From an uncultured Gemmatimonadales bacterium (GTDB lineage Bacteria; Gemmatimonadota; Gemmatimonadetes; Longimicrobiales; RSA9), in contig OY970192.1 in assembly GCA_963708135.1 (NCBI GenBank), forward strand, positions 1,664,001 to 1,728,000: a stretch of DNA of 64,000 nucleotides, read 5' to 3'. The first letter of the stretch is position 1, and every line of letters starts with the position of its first letter. Of the stretch, positions 28,838 to 38,542 are shown in pieces. Below the pieces are notes generated by a model. It saw nothing but the letters and a program-made list of their open reading frames with translations, did not search any database and was not told where the DNA came from. Both the position numbers and the translations under genes were made by a program.

Positions 28838-30234
28838 GTGCCGACGGCGAGCCGGATGGGGGCCGCGGAGCGGTGCAGCGGCTCCTCGGCGGCGAGGTTC
28901 GACCACGCGGCATCGTTCGCTCCGCAGCGGGCCTCGTCGTGGAGCGCGTCCCGGATGGCGCGGTAGAACGGGGTGGTGTAGGTGCCCTGGAAGAGCATCG
29001 CAAGCTCGTCCGTGTCCTGCCAGTTGCGGCGCGCGCCGAGCTGGGCGCGGACGGCGTCGTGGAACGGCGTGCCGGGCAGCGGATACGCCACGGAGACGCC
29101 AATGTCGTCGGGCCGCTCGTCGCGCACGAGGTCGCGCGTGGCGAGCAGGTCGTCCCAGGTCTCCGAGGGGTAGCCGAGCTGGAGGAACCAGCAGGCGCGG
29201 ATGCCGCGCGCCTTGAGGGTGCGGGTGGCGGCGCGCGCCTGCTCGACGCGGGTGCCCTTGTCCATGGCGTCGAGGATGTGCTGCGCGCCGGACTCGACGC
29301 CCATCCAGACCTCCTCGGCGCCGGCTTCCGCCAGGGCATCGACCACATCGGGCCGCATCAGGTTGACGCGCGACTGGATCATGAAGGGCGTGCGCGCCCG
29401 GCGACGCGTGACCTCGGCCGCGAAGTCGCGGATCCAGCCGGCGGTGAGGCCGAAGATGTCGTCGGCGAACCAGACGTGGTCCGGGCGGACTCGCTCCTTC
29501 AGCAGCCGCAGCTCCTCGGCCACGGAGGCGGGCGAGCGCTGGGCGTAGCGGCGGCCGAAGATCGGCTTCGCGCACCAGTTGCAGCCGTAGGGGCAGCCGC
29601 GCGACGTCACCACGTTCCACGACAGCCGGCCGTGGCTCCCGACCCACGCCGCCCGGTAGCGCTCGATGTCCACCAGGTCCCATGCGGGGAGCGGCAGCGC
29701 GTCCAGCTCCGTGAGCGCCGGGCGGCGCTCGCTGTAGCGCACCTTCCCTCCCCCGGCGGCGCGCGCGAGCCCCGGTACGTCGTCCGGCGCCGCGGCGGGG
29801 TCGCGCCGCCACAGCTCCGCCAGCTCGAGAAAGGTGGCCTCCGCCTCTCCCACCAGCACGGCATCCGCGCCCGCGGTCAGGTAAAGCGCGGGGCGGTCCA
29901 CGGCGTCGGACCCGTTCACCACCACGCGGCAGCCACGGTGCCGGGCCGCGCGCACCATGGCGAGCGTCGCCTCGCGCATGCGCAGCGTGCACATCTTCGT
30001 CAGGAAGTTGAAGTTGTCCTCGAGGATGCCGACGACGGCCGGCCGGTGCTCGTCGAGGGCGGCGTCGAAGGCCTCCAGTCCCGGCGCGAGCATGGCATCG
30101 AAGAAGGCGACGTCGTGCCCTGCCTCCCGCGCGAGCGCGGCCGCCAGCAGCGTGGCCAGCGGAGGATACGGCTTCATCCGCTCCCACTGCTTCGGGTCGT
30201 GGCGGAGGAAATAGGAGTGCGCGAGAAGGATCAC
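28834..30234 (-). CDS. B12-binding domain radical SAM protein
   Basis: PYPPLATL, GEAE, SRGCPYGCNWC, FADDIF, GVESGAQ, YPLPGT. Confidence 0.93.
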   Translation of the reverse strand: MILLAHSYFLRHDPKQWERMKPYPPLATLLAAALAREAGHDVAFFDAMLAPGLEAFDAALDEHRPAVVGILEDNFNFLTKMCTLRMREATLAMVRAARHRGCRVVVNGSDAVDRPALYLTAGADAVLVGEAEATFLELAELWRRDPAAAPDDVPGLARAAGGGKVRYSERRPALTELDALPLPAWDLVDIERYRAAWVGSHGRLSWNVVTSRGCPYGCNWCAKPIFGRRYAQRSPASVAEELRLLKERVRPDHVWFADDIFGLTAGWIRDFAAEVTRRRARTPFMIQSRVNLMRPDVVDALAEAGAEEVWMGVESGAQHILDAMDKGTRVEQARAATRTLKARGIRACWFLQLGYPSETWDDLLATRDLVRDERPDDIGVSVAYPLPGTPFHDAVRAQLGARRNWQDTDELAMLFQGTYTTPFYRAIRDALHDEARCGANDAAWSNLAAEEPLHRSAAPIRLAVGT

Positions 30235-30389
30235 GGCGGCTCTCCGGCGGCGGTGCTCGGATGCGGGGCCTCGACCCGCGGGGGTGGCACCGCCGGAAAC
30301 CCGGTGATGGGCGTGGATGGTTCCTGGTGGGGGCAGGACGGGGGCACTGCGGGCAGGGAGCTGCGGGGCTTCGATCGGAGGAGGTGTGC

Positions 30390-31460
30390 GTGGCGGGAAG
30401 CTCGGTCGAGGTGGGGGCGCTCGGGCTGCGGGTGCGGTTCGAGTCGGAGGAGGCGGAGCTGCTGGCGGCGGCGCGGTCGGCGTACGGGCCGCCCCCGGGC
30501 GCGGATCGGCCGGAGGCGGCCGAGTCGCCCGCGGCGCGCATCCAGCTGCGGCTGGCGGAGGCGCCGCCGACCGGCGATCCCGGTCCCGCCGCCGCGTCCC
30601 GCGCGCCGCTCATCCGCGTGGCCGGGGACCGCCTCCTGATCACGCGCGGCGGCGGCATCCGCGCGGAAGCGGACGCGCGGGCGGGAACGGCGTGGGCCGC
30701 GGTGCCGGAGCGACTGCTGGAGGATCCCGCCACCCTCGCGGAGAGCGTGCTGGACACGCTCACGCTCTTCCTGCTCACGCGGCGCGGGAGGATCCCGGTG
30801 CACGCGGCGGCCTTCGTGCGCGGCGGCACGGCGGCGGTTCTCGCGGGGCGGAGCGGCAGCGGGAAGAGCACGCTCGCACTCCACGCCCTGCGCGCGGGGT
30901 GGCCCGTGCTGACGGACGACGCGGTCTACGTCCAGCTCCCGCCGGTGCCCCGCATCTGGGCGCTCCCCCGCCCCCTTCACGTCCTCCCCGGCGATCCGGC
31001 CGCGGCCGTGTCGCCGGAGCGCGCCGCGGCGGACCGCTCCAGCGGGCCGGGCCGCTCCGCCACGGACCCGGCTCCCGCCCTCACGCCGGGGCGGAACGGC
31101 GCCGTCGCGGACGCAGCCGCCTGGCCGGCCGGCAGGGTGCGCATGCGCCACGGGCGGCTCAAGCGCGCCATCCACGATCCGGGGCCCCGCGCCGAGGGGG
31201 GATCCGTCCCGGCTCGCCTCGACCACGCCGACCGCGCCGCTCTGTTCGTCCTGGAGCGGGGCGGCTCCGTCGCCCTCGCGCCACTCGGGATCGACGAGGC
31301 CGCGGCCGCGTTGGCCGGCGCGCTCGAGCCGGGCTTCGACGTGTTCCGCCATGCGTTGCCCGAGGCGGTCCGCGTCCTCGCCGCGGCCGGGGCGTGGCGG
31401 CTCACGCTGGGGCGCGATCCCGCGGCCGCGCTGCACGCGATCGCGGAGGTGCTGGGCTGA
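30390..31460 (+). CDS. HprK-related P-loop kinase
   Basis: VHAA, Walker A GRSGSGKST, GW.VLTDD; GGAGGAGG RBS before GTG. Confidence 0.78.
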   Translation: MAGSSVEVGALGLRVRFESEEAELLAAARSAYGPPPGADRPEAAESPAARIQLRLAEAPPTGDPGPAAASRAPLIRVAGDRLLITRGGGIRAEADARAGTAWAAVPERLLEDPATLAESVLDTLTLFLLTRRGRIPVHAAAFVRGGTAAVLAGRSGSGKSTLALHALRAGWPVLTDDAVYVQLPPVPRIWALPRPLHVLPGDPAAAVSPERAAADRSSGPGRSATDPAPALTPGRNGAVADAAAWPAGRVRMRHGRLKRAIHDPGPRAEGGSVPARLDHADRAALFVLERGGSVALAPLGIDEAAAALAGALEPGFDVFRHALPEAVRVLAAAGAWRLTLGRDPAAALHAIAEVLG

Positions 31461-31568
31461 GCCGACGGCTCGCCGCGGCGCGGTGGCCAGCCGTGTCGTG
31501 GCGGACCGGTCGTGGGCCCCATCCGCGGCGCCGAGAGCCGATTGCCGGCGCCTTGTCTCCCGCCGCCT

Positions 31569-33119
31569 TCAGCGCTTCTCCGCCCCGAGCGCGCCCGCCC
31601 GCACGCGGATCCCCGCCCGCAGCGCGCTCTCCCGCCACCCGGCGCCCCGCTCGAGCGCGGCGCTGCCGAACGCCACCACGCCGTCCGGAGCGACCCACTC
31701 GACGTCCAGCGAGCCGCCCCGGCTCGTGCCCTGCCGGAGCGGCGAGAACAGGTTCTCCGGTCCGCGCCGCCGGTGGAACGCGCGCGCGGCCAGCTCGATC
31801 CCGCGCGGCAGCTCGATGCGGCCGTAGGCGAGCCACTGCACGCCCTCCCCGCCGAGCGGGTGGCCGAGCGGCACGCGCCCGTCGATCCACGGCAGCGCGG
31901 AGTGCCGGTACCACGGCGGGTTTCCGCAGCAGTGCCCGGCCAGGCTCGTCCGCTCCAGCCCCAGCGAGGCCGCGGGCGCGCCCGGCAGGGCGGGCAGCTC
32001 GACCCCCGCCGTGACCCCCGGCACGTGCGTCCAGGCGAAGCCGAGGTCGTCGAAGGCCCACTCGCCGTAGATGGCCACCGGCAGCCCGCCGGTCGGCGGC
32101 CTCCAGCGCGCTTCCAGCGAGGCGACCTGGTTCTCGGTCTCACCGTGCGCCCCGCCGGCCAGCCCGAGGAGGAAGCCGGGGATCTCCCCGGGCCGCAGGT
32201 GCCGGTTGCCGCGCCCGTCGAACGCCGCGGCCCGCGTGGCCGCGAGCCACAGCCTCGGGTGCGGCCGCGCCCACAGCCGGAGCGCCAGGAACGCCGGGTG
32301 CTCGACCGCGCCCGCCTCGTGCAGGCGGGCCCCGAGCGCCTCCAGGCGCACCGGTCCCGCCGCCGCGAGCAGGCCCGGCAGTCGGGCCGAGCCGAGCGTC
32401 ACCCCGGCACCGTCGAAGGCGACGCCTCCGCCGAGCACGATCGAGCGATCCGCCTCCGCGCCGTACGCCACGTCCCGCCGGCCGGCCCAGGCCGAGAGCG
32501 CCCCCGCGCGCAGGGCGAGATAGCCGCCATCCAGCCGGACCCGCCCCGCCGCGGCCTCGGGCCGCACGACCGCCGCCAGGTGGCGCCCGAGAACGGCATC
32601 CACCTCGAGCCGCGCGGCCGGTTCCGTGAGTGGTCCCAGCCGCGCCGGCGCATAGGTTACCCCGTCCCGGTCGTAGCCGGAGAGGAGCGCGCCCCGCCGT
32701 GCCAGGTAGCCGAGCTCGCCCAGGGCCTCGATCCGCGCACCGCCCCCCTCCCCTTCCCCCGGCCCGAGCTCCGCGGCGAGGCGCGCGGCGAAGCCGCCGG
32801 CCAGGCGCGCGAGGCCGGGCGTCGCGGCGTCCACCGCCGCGGCCGCGAAGCGCCGCCGCGCCTCCGCCCGATCGAGGAAGCCCGCGCCCGGATCGAGCCC
32901 TTCGCCGCCGAGGCCGAGCGCGTCCAGTCGCCCGAGCGCGGCCACGGCCCAGTGGTCCGCCGGGAGCCCCGGCGATGCGGGGGCCCGCGCCTGGGCGGCG
33001 GCGGCCGTGGCGCAGGCCAGCACCGCGAGCGCGCCGGCGCGCACGCTGCGGATGACCGGCAGGAGGGCGTGCTGGACGCCGTCGCCTCGGGGGCGGGGCG
33101 GCCGCTCCGGCCGCCGCAT
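31569..33119 (-). CDS. Capsule assembly Wzi-family outer-membrane protein
   Basis: Signal peptide, WAGRR..YG, ENQVAS, YGEWAFDD, WYRHS...LGHPLGG; adjacent to the EPS operon. Confidence 0.75.
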   Translation of the reverse strand: MRRPERPPRPRGDGVQHALLPVIRSVRAGALAVLACATAAAAQARAPASPGLPADHWAVAALGRLDALGLGGEGLDPGAGFLDRAEARRRFAAAAVDAATPGLARLAGGFAARLAAELGPGEGEGGGARIEALGELGYLARRGALLSGYDRDGVTYAPARLGPLTEPAARLEVDAVLGRHLAAVVRPEAAAGRVRLDGGYLALRAGALSAWAGRRDVAYGAEADRSIVLGGGVAFDGAGVTLGSARLPGLLAAAGPVRLEALGARLHEAGAVEHPAFLALRLWARPHPRLWLAATRAAAFDGRGNRHLRPGEIPGFLLGLAGGAHGETENQVASLEARWRPPTGGLPVAIYGEWAFDDLGFAWTHVPGVTAGVELPALPGAPAASLGLERTSLAGHCCGNPPWYRHSALPWIDGRVPLGHPLGGEGVQWLAYGRIELPRGIELAARAFHRRRGPENLFSPLRQGTSRGGSLDVEWVAPDGVVAFGSAALERGAGWRESALRAGIRVRAGALGAEKR

Positions 33120-34936
33120 CAGGGCGCCATCTCCGCGATCGCCGCCCGCATCGCAAGCCGCCCGGCCTCGAGCGTATGGACGGTATCGGCCACCGCGGTC
33201 ACCCGCGCGTCGTGCGTGGCGACGAGGACGGTGATGCCACGGCCGAGCGCGCCCAGCGTGGCGGCGATCCCGGCCGCCGAGACGGCATCCAGCTCGGCCG
33301 TCGGCTCGTCGAGCAGCAGCACGGCCGGGGAGCCGGCCAGGGCGCGGGCGAGCGCGAGCCGCCGCCGTTCGCCGCCGGAGAGCCGGCCGCCGCGCTCGCC
33401 CACCCACGTGTCGAGCCCCGCCGGCAGCGTCGAGAGGAGCGGGCCGGCCCCGGCGCTCAGCAGCGCCCGGCGGATGGCGGCGTCGCCGAGTCCCGCGCGC
33501 CCGAAGGCAACGTTCTCCCGGATCGTGCCGCGCAGGATCGCGCTCTCCTGCGCCAGGTAGCCGAGTCGCGCACCCCACGCCCCGCCCAGCGCGCCGAGCG
33601 GCGCGCCGTCCGCGCGCACGACGCCCGCCAGCGGCGTCCGCAGCCCCGCCACGATCTCGAGCAGCGTGGTCTTTCCCGCCCCCGTCGGTCCGACCACCGC
33701 CACGAGCGCGCCCGCGGGCACGAGCAGCCGGATCCGCTCGAGGCCCGCGCGGGCATCGTGGGTGTAGCGCACATCCTCCAGCGCGATCCCGTGCTCGAGC
33801 ATGCCGCCGGCGCGGAGCCGGTGGCGGACCGCGCCCGGCCCCCCATGCGCGGCGCGCGCCGGCATCGGGCGTACGGTCGCGTCGTCCGGCTCCGTCGCAT
33901 CCCGCACGACCCTCACCCCCCCGCCCTCGTGGGCGGCCGTCAGCGCCTCGATCTCGCGCTCGACGGCCGCGTAGGCGCTCGAGGCCGCCGCCATGGCCTG
34001 GTACTCCGACTGGACCGCCCGCAGCCGGCCCGCCATCCGCTGGAAGAGGATCGCCACGAGCAGCAGCGTCGGCAGCGGCACGCGCGCCCACGCCAGCGCG
34101 AGGTAGAGCGCGCCGAGCCCGAGAATGGCCAGGATCGGCTCATCGAAGGAGCGGAGCGCCTCCGTCGCCCGGATGTGCGCCTCCTCGGCCTTGCGCAGCT
34201 CGGCCGCGTCCGCGTCGAGCCCCTGCCGGAAGGCCCGCTCCCGCCGCATGGCGCGGATCGGCGCGAGGGCGTGGGCGACATCCACGAGTCGCGCGGCCAG
34301 CGTCCGTGAGGCAGCGGTCTGCGCCACGCCGGCACGCCGGCCCGCGCGTACCCATGCCCCCAGTACCACGCTGCCGACCACGCCCACGCCGAGCGCCGCC
34401 AGCCCGGCCGGCCACGAGACGGCGAGCACCGCCGCCGCGTACACCGCGAGCTGCACCGCGGCGGCCAGCACGCCGCAGGCGTCCCGGTACGCGAAGCCCG
34501 CCCAGAAGGCATCGCGCGTCACGCTCCCGGCAAGGGCGCCCGGCGCGCATCCCGCCGCGGCCGGCCAGCGCGCGCGAAAGAGCGCCCGGACCAGCCGGCG
34601 CCGCAGCGATTCGGCCACCTCGGCCACGGCCGCGGCCACCTGCGCCATGGCCACCCAGCGGAACAGCGCCTTGGCCAGGAGGGCCGCCGCGATGACCGCC
34701 AGCAGGACGGGCATTGTCGGCGCCAGGCCGAGAGCCCGGAGCAGCGCCGAGATCGCACCCGCCGCGCGCGACGGCGGGCCCGCGGCCGGCAGCGCGGACT
34801 CGAGGAGCGGCAGCAGCGTGAGCAGCCCGAAGCCCTCCGCCGCCCCGGCGAGCGCCATCAGCACGACCAGCGCGGCCGTCCTGCGCGGGCGGGTTCGGAG
34901 CGCGGTCCACAGCGGGCGATCGGCGGATGCGGGCAT
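33119..34936 (-). CDS. Fused permease/ATPase ABC exporter
   Basis: N-terminal TM domain (AEGFGLLTLLPLL), GPTGAGKTT, TIRENV, LSGGERRR, LLLDEPT. Start uncertain. Confidence 0.9.
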   Translation of the reverse strand: MPASADRPLWTALRTRPRRTAALVVLMALAGAAEGFGLLTLLPLLESALPAAGPPSRAAGAISALLRALGLAPTMPVLLAVIAAALLAKALFRWVAMAQVAAAVAEVAESLRRRLVRALFRARWPAAAGCAPGALAGSVTRDAFWAGFAYRDACGVLAAAVQLAVYAAAVLAVSWPAGLAALGVGVVGSVVLGAWVRAGRRAGVAQTAASRTLAARLVDVAHALAPIRAMRRERAFRQGLDADAAELRKAEEAHIRATEALRSFDEPILAILGLGALYLALAWARVPLPTLLLVAILFQRMAGRLRAVQSEYQAMAAASSAYAAVEREIEALTAAHEGGGVRVVRDATEPDDATVRPMPARAAHGGPGAVRHRLRAGGMLEHGIALEDVRYTHDARAGLERIRLLVPAGALVAVVGPTGAGKTTLLEIVAGLRTPLAGVVRADGAPLGALGGAWGARLGYLAQESAILRGTIRENVAFGRAGLGDAAIRRALLSAGAGPLLSTLPAGLDTWVGERGGRLSGGERRRLALARALAGSPAVLLLDEPTAELDAVSAAGIAATLGALGRGITVLVATHDARVTAVADTVHTLEAGRLAMRAAIAEMAP

Positions 34937-35073
34937 GAGGCGCGGGGTCAAGGAAGCGGGCACAGGCGTGAATCCGGCTCCGCCAACGCGACGACCGGCG
35001 TCGATCGTTCCCGGGAACGAATTCGCGGCGACTCCGGCTTGGCGGGGCGACCCGTTCACCGCGAGGCCCACCC

Positions 35074-35688
35074 ATGAACCGATTCCGAACCGCCGCGATC
35101 GTGCCCATCCTCCTCGCCCTCTGCGCCGCGAGCGCGGCGGCGCAGACGGAGAGCGTCCGGCTTCAGCCCGGCGATGCCGTACGCCTCGCCGTGCGCGACG
35201 AGCCAGGGCTCACCGGCGAGTTCCCCGTCGTCGCCTCGGGCAATGTGCTGCTCCCCGAGATCGGCTTCGTGCGGGCGGCCGACCGCCCCTTCGCCGACGT
35301 CGCGCGCGACGTTCGCCAGGCCTACGCGCGTTATGTCGTGAACCCGGAGGTCGTGCTCATCCCGCTCGTCCGCGTCGCCGTGCTCGGCGAGGTGCGCCGG
35401 CCGGGGCTCTTTCCCGTCGATCCGACCCAGACGATCGGCGACGTGCTCGCGTCCGCCGGCGGCGTCACGCCCATGGGCAACGCCAACCGGATCACCCTCG
35501 TCCGCGGCGCCGAGCGCACTCGCCTGCACCTCTCGCCCGACGAGCCCGCGCTTGCCGCGCACCTGCGCTCGGGCGATGAGATCGTGGTGGGCGCCCACGG
35601 CTGGCTGCAGCAGAACCTCCCCGTCCTCGTGGGCGCCGGCGCGTCCGTCCTCGCCGCCGCCGTCACCAGCATCATCGTCCGCCACTGA
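35074..35688 (+). CDS. Polysaccharide export protein, Wza/SLBB family
   Basis: LQPGD, G.VLLPEIG, VAVLGEVRRPG, LASAGG, LRSGDEIVV. Confidence 0.88.
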   Translation: MNRFRTAAIVPILLALCAASAAAQTESVRLQPGDAVRLAVRDEPGLTGEFPVVASGNVLLPEIGFVRAADRPFADVARDVRQAYARYVVNPEVVLIPLVRVAVLGEVRRPGLFPVDPTQTIGDVLASAGGVTPMGNANRITLVRGAERTRLHLSPDEPALAAHLRSGDEIVVGAHGWLQQNLPVLVGAGASVLAAAVTSIIVRH

Positions 35689-37898
35689 TGGAGCGCCCCA
35701 TGAACGATGAATCCGGCCCCGACGCCGTCCTCGAGCGCTGGTCGCGCGTCGTGCGCCGTCGCTGGCGGGGCGCCGCCGCAATCGGCGCGGGGGTCGTGCT
35801 GCTCGGCGCGGCGCTGCTCTTCCTGACCCGCCCCGTCTGGCGCGCCGAGGCGGCGCTCCGGCTGGGTGCGCCCCCGCCCGTCGGCGGCGTCTCGCTGGGG
35901 TCGAACGGCTCGCCCTCCGGGCTGCTCACCCTGTTCCAGCAGATGACCGGCGACCCCTTCGCCAACGAGCTCGAGCTGCTCGACAGCCGGACCGTCACCG
36001 AGGGCGTGGTCCGCGACGCGGCCCTGAACGTGACGCTCCGCACCCCCCGCGGCTGGTATCGCGATTCCCTCTTCACCCGGCTGTCGGCGGGAGATGACAC
36101 CCGCAAGGCGACGTTCCGCGCCGAGTGGCTCGGCGGCGGCCGCGTCGCCGTGCGGCGCACGTCCCCGTCGGATTCGATGATCGGGACGTTCGCGCCCGCG
36201 ACGCCGGCCGCGTTCGGCGGCATTGTCGCGGTGTTCCGTCCGTATCGCGCCGGACAGCCACGGACCGTGGACCTGCACACCCTCCCCTTCGGCGACGCGG
36301 TCAGGCGCACGGCCAGGCGGCTGCAGGCGGAGCGAACGCGCCGCGAGGCCAACCTGGTCCGCGTCCACTACGACGATCCGGATCCGGGCCTCGCCCTCGC
36401 CGTCGTCCGCTCCGCCGCGGACCGCTACATCGCGCTCCGCTCGGCGCTCCAGCGGCGCGAGAGCGGCCAGACGCGGGACTCGCTCGAGACCGTCGTCGGC
36501 GACACCCGCCGCGAGCTGCGCCGCGAGGAGGATGCCCTCGAGCGGTTCCAGCACGGCGCCCGCGTGATCGCACCGCAGGCGCAGGCGGAGGCGGTGATCA
36601 AGCGGCAGGCGGAGGTCGCCACCGAGCTGCAGAAGGCGCGCGGCGAGCTGGCGGGCACGGACGAGGTGCTCCGTCGCCTGGCGGCCGAGCCGGATCCTGC
36701 CACCGCCTGGGCCGGCCTCGTCGCCCACCCGACGTTCCTCGAGAATCGGACGCTGGGCGACCTGCTCGGCACGCTCGTGCACGCCCAGCAGCAGCGCATC
36801 GACCTCGCCTCGCACCGCACGGCCGAGGACCCGCAGGCCCGTGCGCTCGACCGGCAGATCCGCTACGTGGACGCATCGCTCCGCTCCATGGTGCGCCAGT
36901 ACCGGGACGGCGTGGCGCGCGAGGTGGATCGGCTGCAGGCCCAGTGGGCGGCGCTCGACTCGGTCATCGCCGCGGCGCCGGCCGCGGAGGTCCGCCTCGG
37001 CCGTTACCAGCGCGATGTCCGCCTCCTCTCCGAGGTCTACCTCTTCGCGGACCAGCGGCTCCGACAGGAGGCCCTGCGCGACGCCGTTTCCTTCGCGAGC
37101 GTCCAGCTCGTCGACCCTCCGGAGCTGCTCTTCAAGCCCGTATGGCCGCGCAAGGGCATCGGCCTGGCCGTCACGCTCCTGCTCGCCCTCGTCTTCGGCA
37201 CCCTCGCCGTGGCCGCCGCCGAGCGCGCCGACCGGCGCATCCGCGGCGCGGCCGAGCTCCGCCGCCTGGCGCGCGTGCCAGTGCTCTCCGCCCTCGCCAC
37301 GGACGCCGACGGCCGTCCCGTGCTGCCGGCCCCGGACCGGCAGGCCCTCCTGGCCGCGCGGCCCCGCCTCGAGGTGCCCGGCCCTCTCGTCCTCGCGCCG
37401 GTCGATGACCCGTCGGCCGCCGAGGCGCTCGCCGCCGCGCTCCGCGATCCAGCTCCCGAGGGCGCGGGGGCGACCCGGCCCGGGGTGGCCGCGCTCGCGC
37501 ACGCCGGCGCCGCCGGAGCGAACGCGGCCGGCGACGACCGCGCCCACGGCCAGCCCGGCGCGGGCCGCGGCCGGGGCGGAAACGGCGGCGGCGGGAACGG
37601 TGCCGCCGGAAACGGTGCCGGGGGGAACCGCGCCGGGAATGGCGACGGCCGTCGCCACGGCGGAGCGCCCGGCGGCTACACGGGCATAGTCGCCACGCGG
37701 CCACTGGACGGCTACGGGCCCGCGGCTGAGGCGGCGGCCGAATGCGGGCGCGTCATCCTCGTCGTGCGGGAGGGTGTCACCCGCCGCGACGACCTGGCGC
37801 GCGCCGCGGCCTTCCTGGGCGAGGCTTGCGCGGATGTGGCGGGCATCGTGGTGCTCGCGGCGAGCGCCCGCGAGGCGGAGGCCGTATGGCGGTCGTGA
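35688..37898 (+). CDS. Wzc/GumC-type polysaccharide co-polymerase with degenerate kinase domain
   Basis: Two TM segments flanking coiled coils, VQLVDPP..KPVWPR, DRRIRG...PVLS; no Walker A or Tyr cluster visible. Confidence 0.82.
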   Translation: MERPMNDESGPDAVLERWSRVVRRRWRGAAAIGAGVVLLGAALLFLTRPVWRAEAALRLGAPPPVGGVSLGSNGSPSGLLTLFQQMTGDPFANELELLDSRTVTEGVVRDAALNVTLRTPRGWYRDSLFTRLSAGDDTRKATFRAEWLGGGRVAVRRTSPSDSMIGTFAPATPAAFGGIVAVFRPYRAGQPRTVDLHTLPFGDAVRRTARRLQAERTRREANLVRVHYDDPDPGLALAVVRSAADRYIALRSALQRRESGQTRDSLETVVGDTRRELRREEDALERFQHGARVIAPQAQAEAVIKRQAEVATELQKARGELAGTDEVLRRLAAEPDPATAWAGLVAHPTFLENRTLGDLLGTLVHAQQQRIDLASHRTAEDPQARALDRQIRYVDASLRSMVRQYRDGVAREVDRLQAQWAALDSVIAAAPAAEVRLGRYQRDVRLLSEVYLFADQRLRQEALRDAVSFASVQLVDPPELLFKPVWPRKGIGLAVTLLLALVFGTLAVAAAERADRRIRGAAELRRLARVPVLSALATDADGRPVLPAPDRQALLAARPRLEVPGPLVLAPVDDPSAAEALAAALRDPAPEGAGATRPGVAALAHAGAAGANAAGDDRAHGQPGAGRGRGGNGGGGNGAAGNGAGGNRAGNGDGRRHGGAPGGYTGIVATRPLDGYGPAAEAAAECGRVILVVREGVTRRDDLARAAAFLGEACADVAGIVVLAASAREAEAVWRS

Positions 37899-38542
37899 CC
37901 CGCCGCGCGACGCCGCGCCCGCTCCCGGTGGAGCGCGCCGAGGGGCAGCTCCGGCGCATGGCGGATCTGGCCGGTGCCTCGCTGCTCCTGGTCGCGGCCC
38001 TGCCGCTTATCGTCCTCGGCGCGGCGCTCGTCCTCGCCGGCTCCGGCCGGCCGGTCTTCTTCGGCCACGTGCGCGTCGGCCGGGACGGCCGCCCCTTCCG
38101 CTGCTGGAAGCTGCGCACCATGCGGCCGGGCGCGGAGCTCCAGCTCGAGCGCGATCCGCGGCTCGCCGAGCGGCACGCCGCCAACGGCTTCAAGCTGCCG
38201 CTCCGGGAGGACCCGCGTATCACCGGCGTCGGGCGCTGGCTGCGGCGCACGCATCTGGACGAGCTGCCGCAGCTGGCCAACGTGCTCGGCGGGTCCATGT
38301 CCCTCGTCGGGCCGAGGCCGGTGGTGCTCCCCGAGCTGGGGGAGTATGGCGCCGCCGCGGATGAGCTGCTGAGCGTGCGGCCCGGCATCTTCGGCGCCTG
38401 GACGAGCCGCGGCGCGGCGCGGCCTCCCTACCCGGAGCGGGCGCGCATCGAGCTCGCCTACGTCCGCACCCGCTCGCTCGCGCAGGACCTCCGCATCCTC
38501 GCCCGCTCCATCCCGGTGGTGCTGCGCGGCCAGGGGGCGTGA
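37886..38542 (+). CDS. Priming sugar transferase (polyprenyl glycosylphosphotransferase)
   Basis: RVGRDGRPFRCWKLRTM, DPRITGVGRWLRRTHLDELPQLANVLGGSMSLVGPRP. Confidence 0.93.
   Translation: MAVVTRRATPRPLPVERAEGQLRRMADLAGASLLLVAALPLIVLGAALVLAGSGRPVFFGHVRVGRDGRPFRCWKLRTMRPGAELQLERDPRLAERHAANGFKLPLREDPRITGVGRWLRRTHLDELPQLANVLGGSMSLVGPRPVVLPELGEYGAAADELLSVRPGIFGAWTSRGAARPPYPERARIELAYVRTRSLAQDLRILARSIPVVLRGQGA

Noticed and set aside
25690..30234. Naming the radical-SAM genes bchE or hpnP
   Set aside because: Only family-level motifs are visible, and there are no photosynthesis or hopanoid genes nearby.
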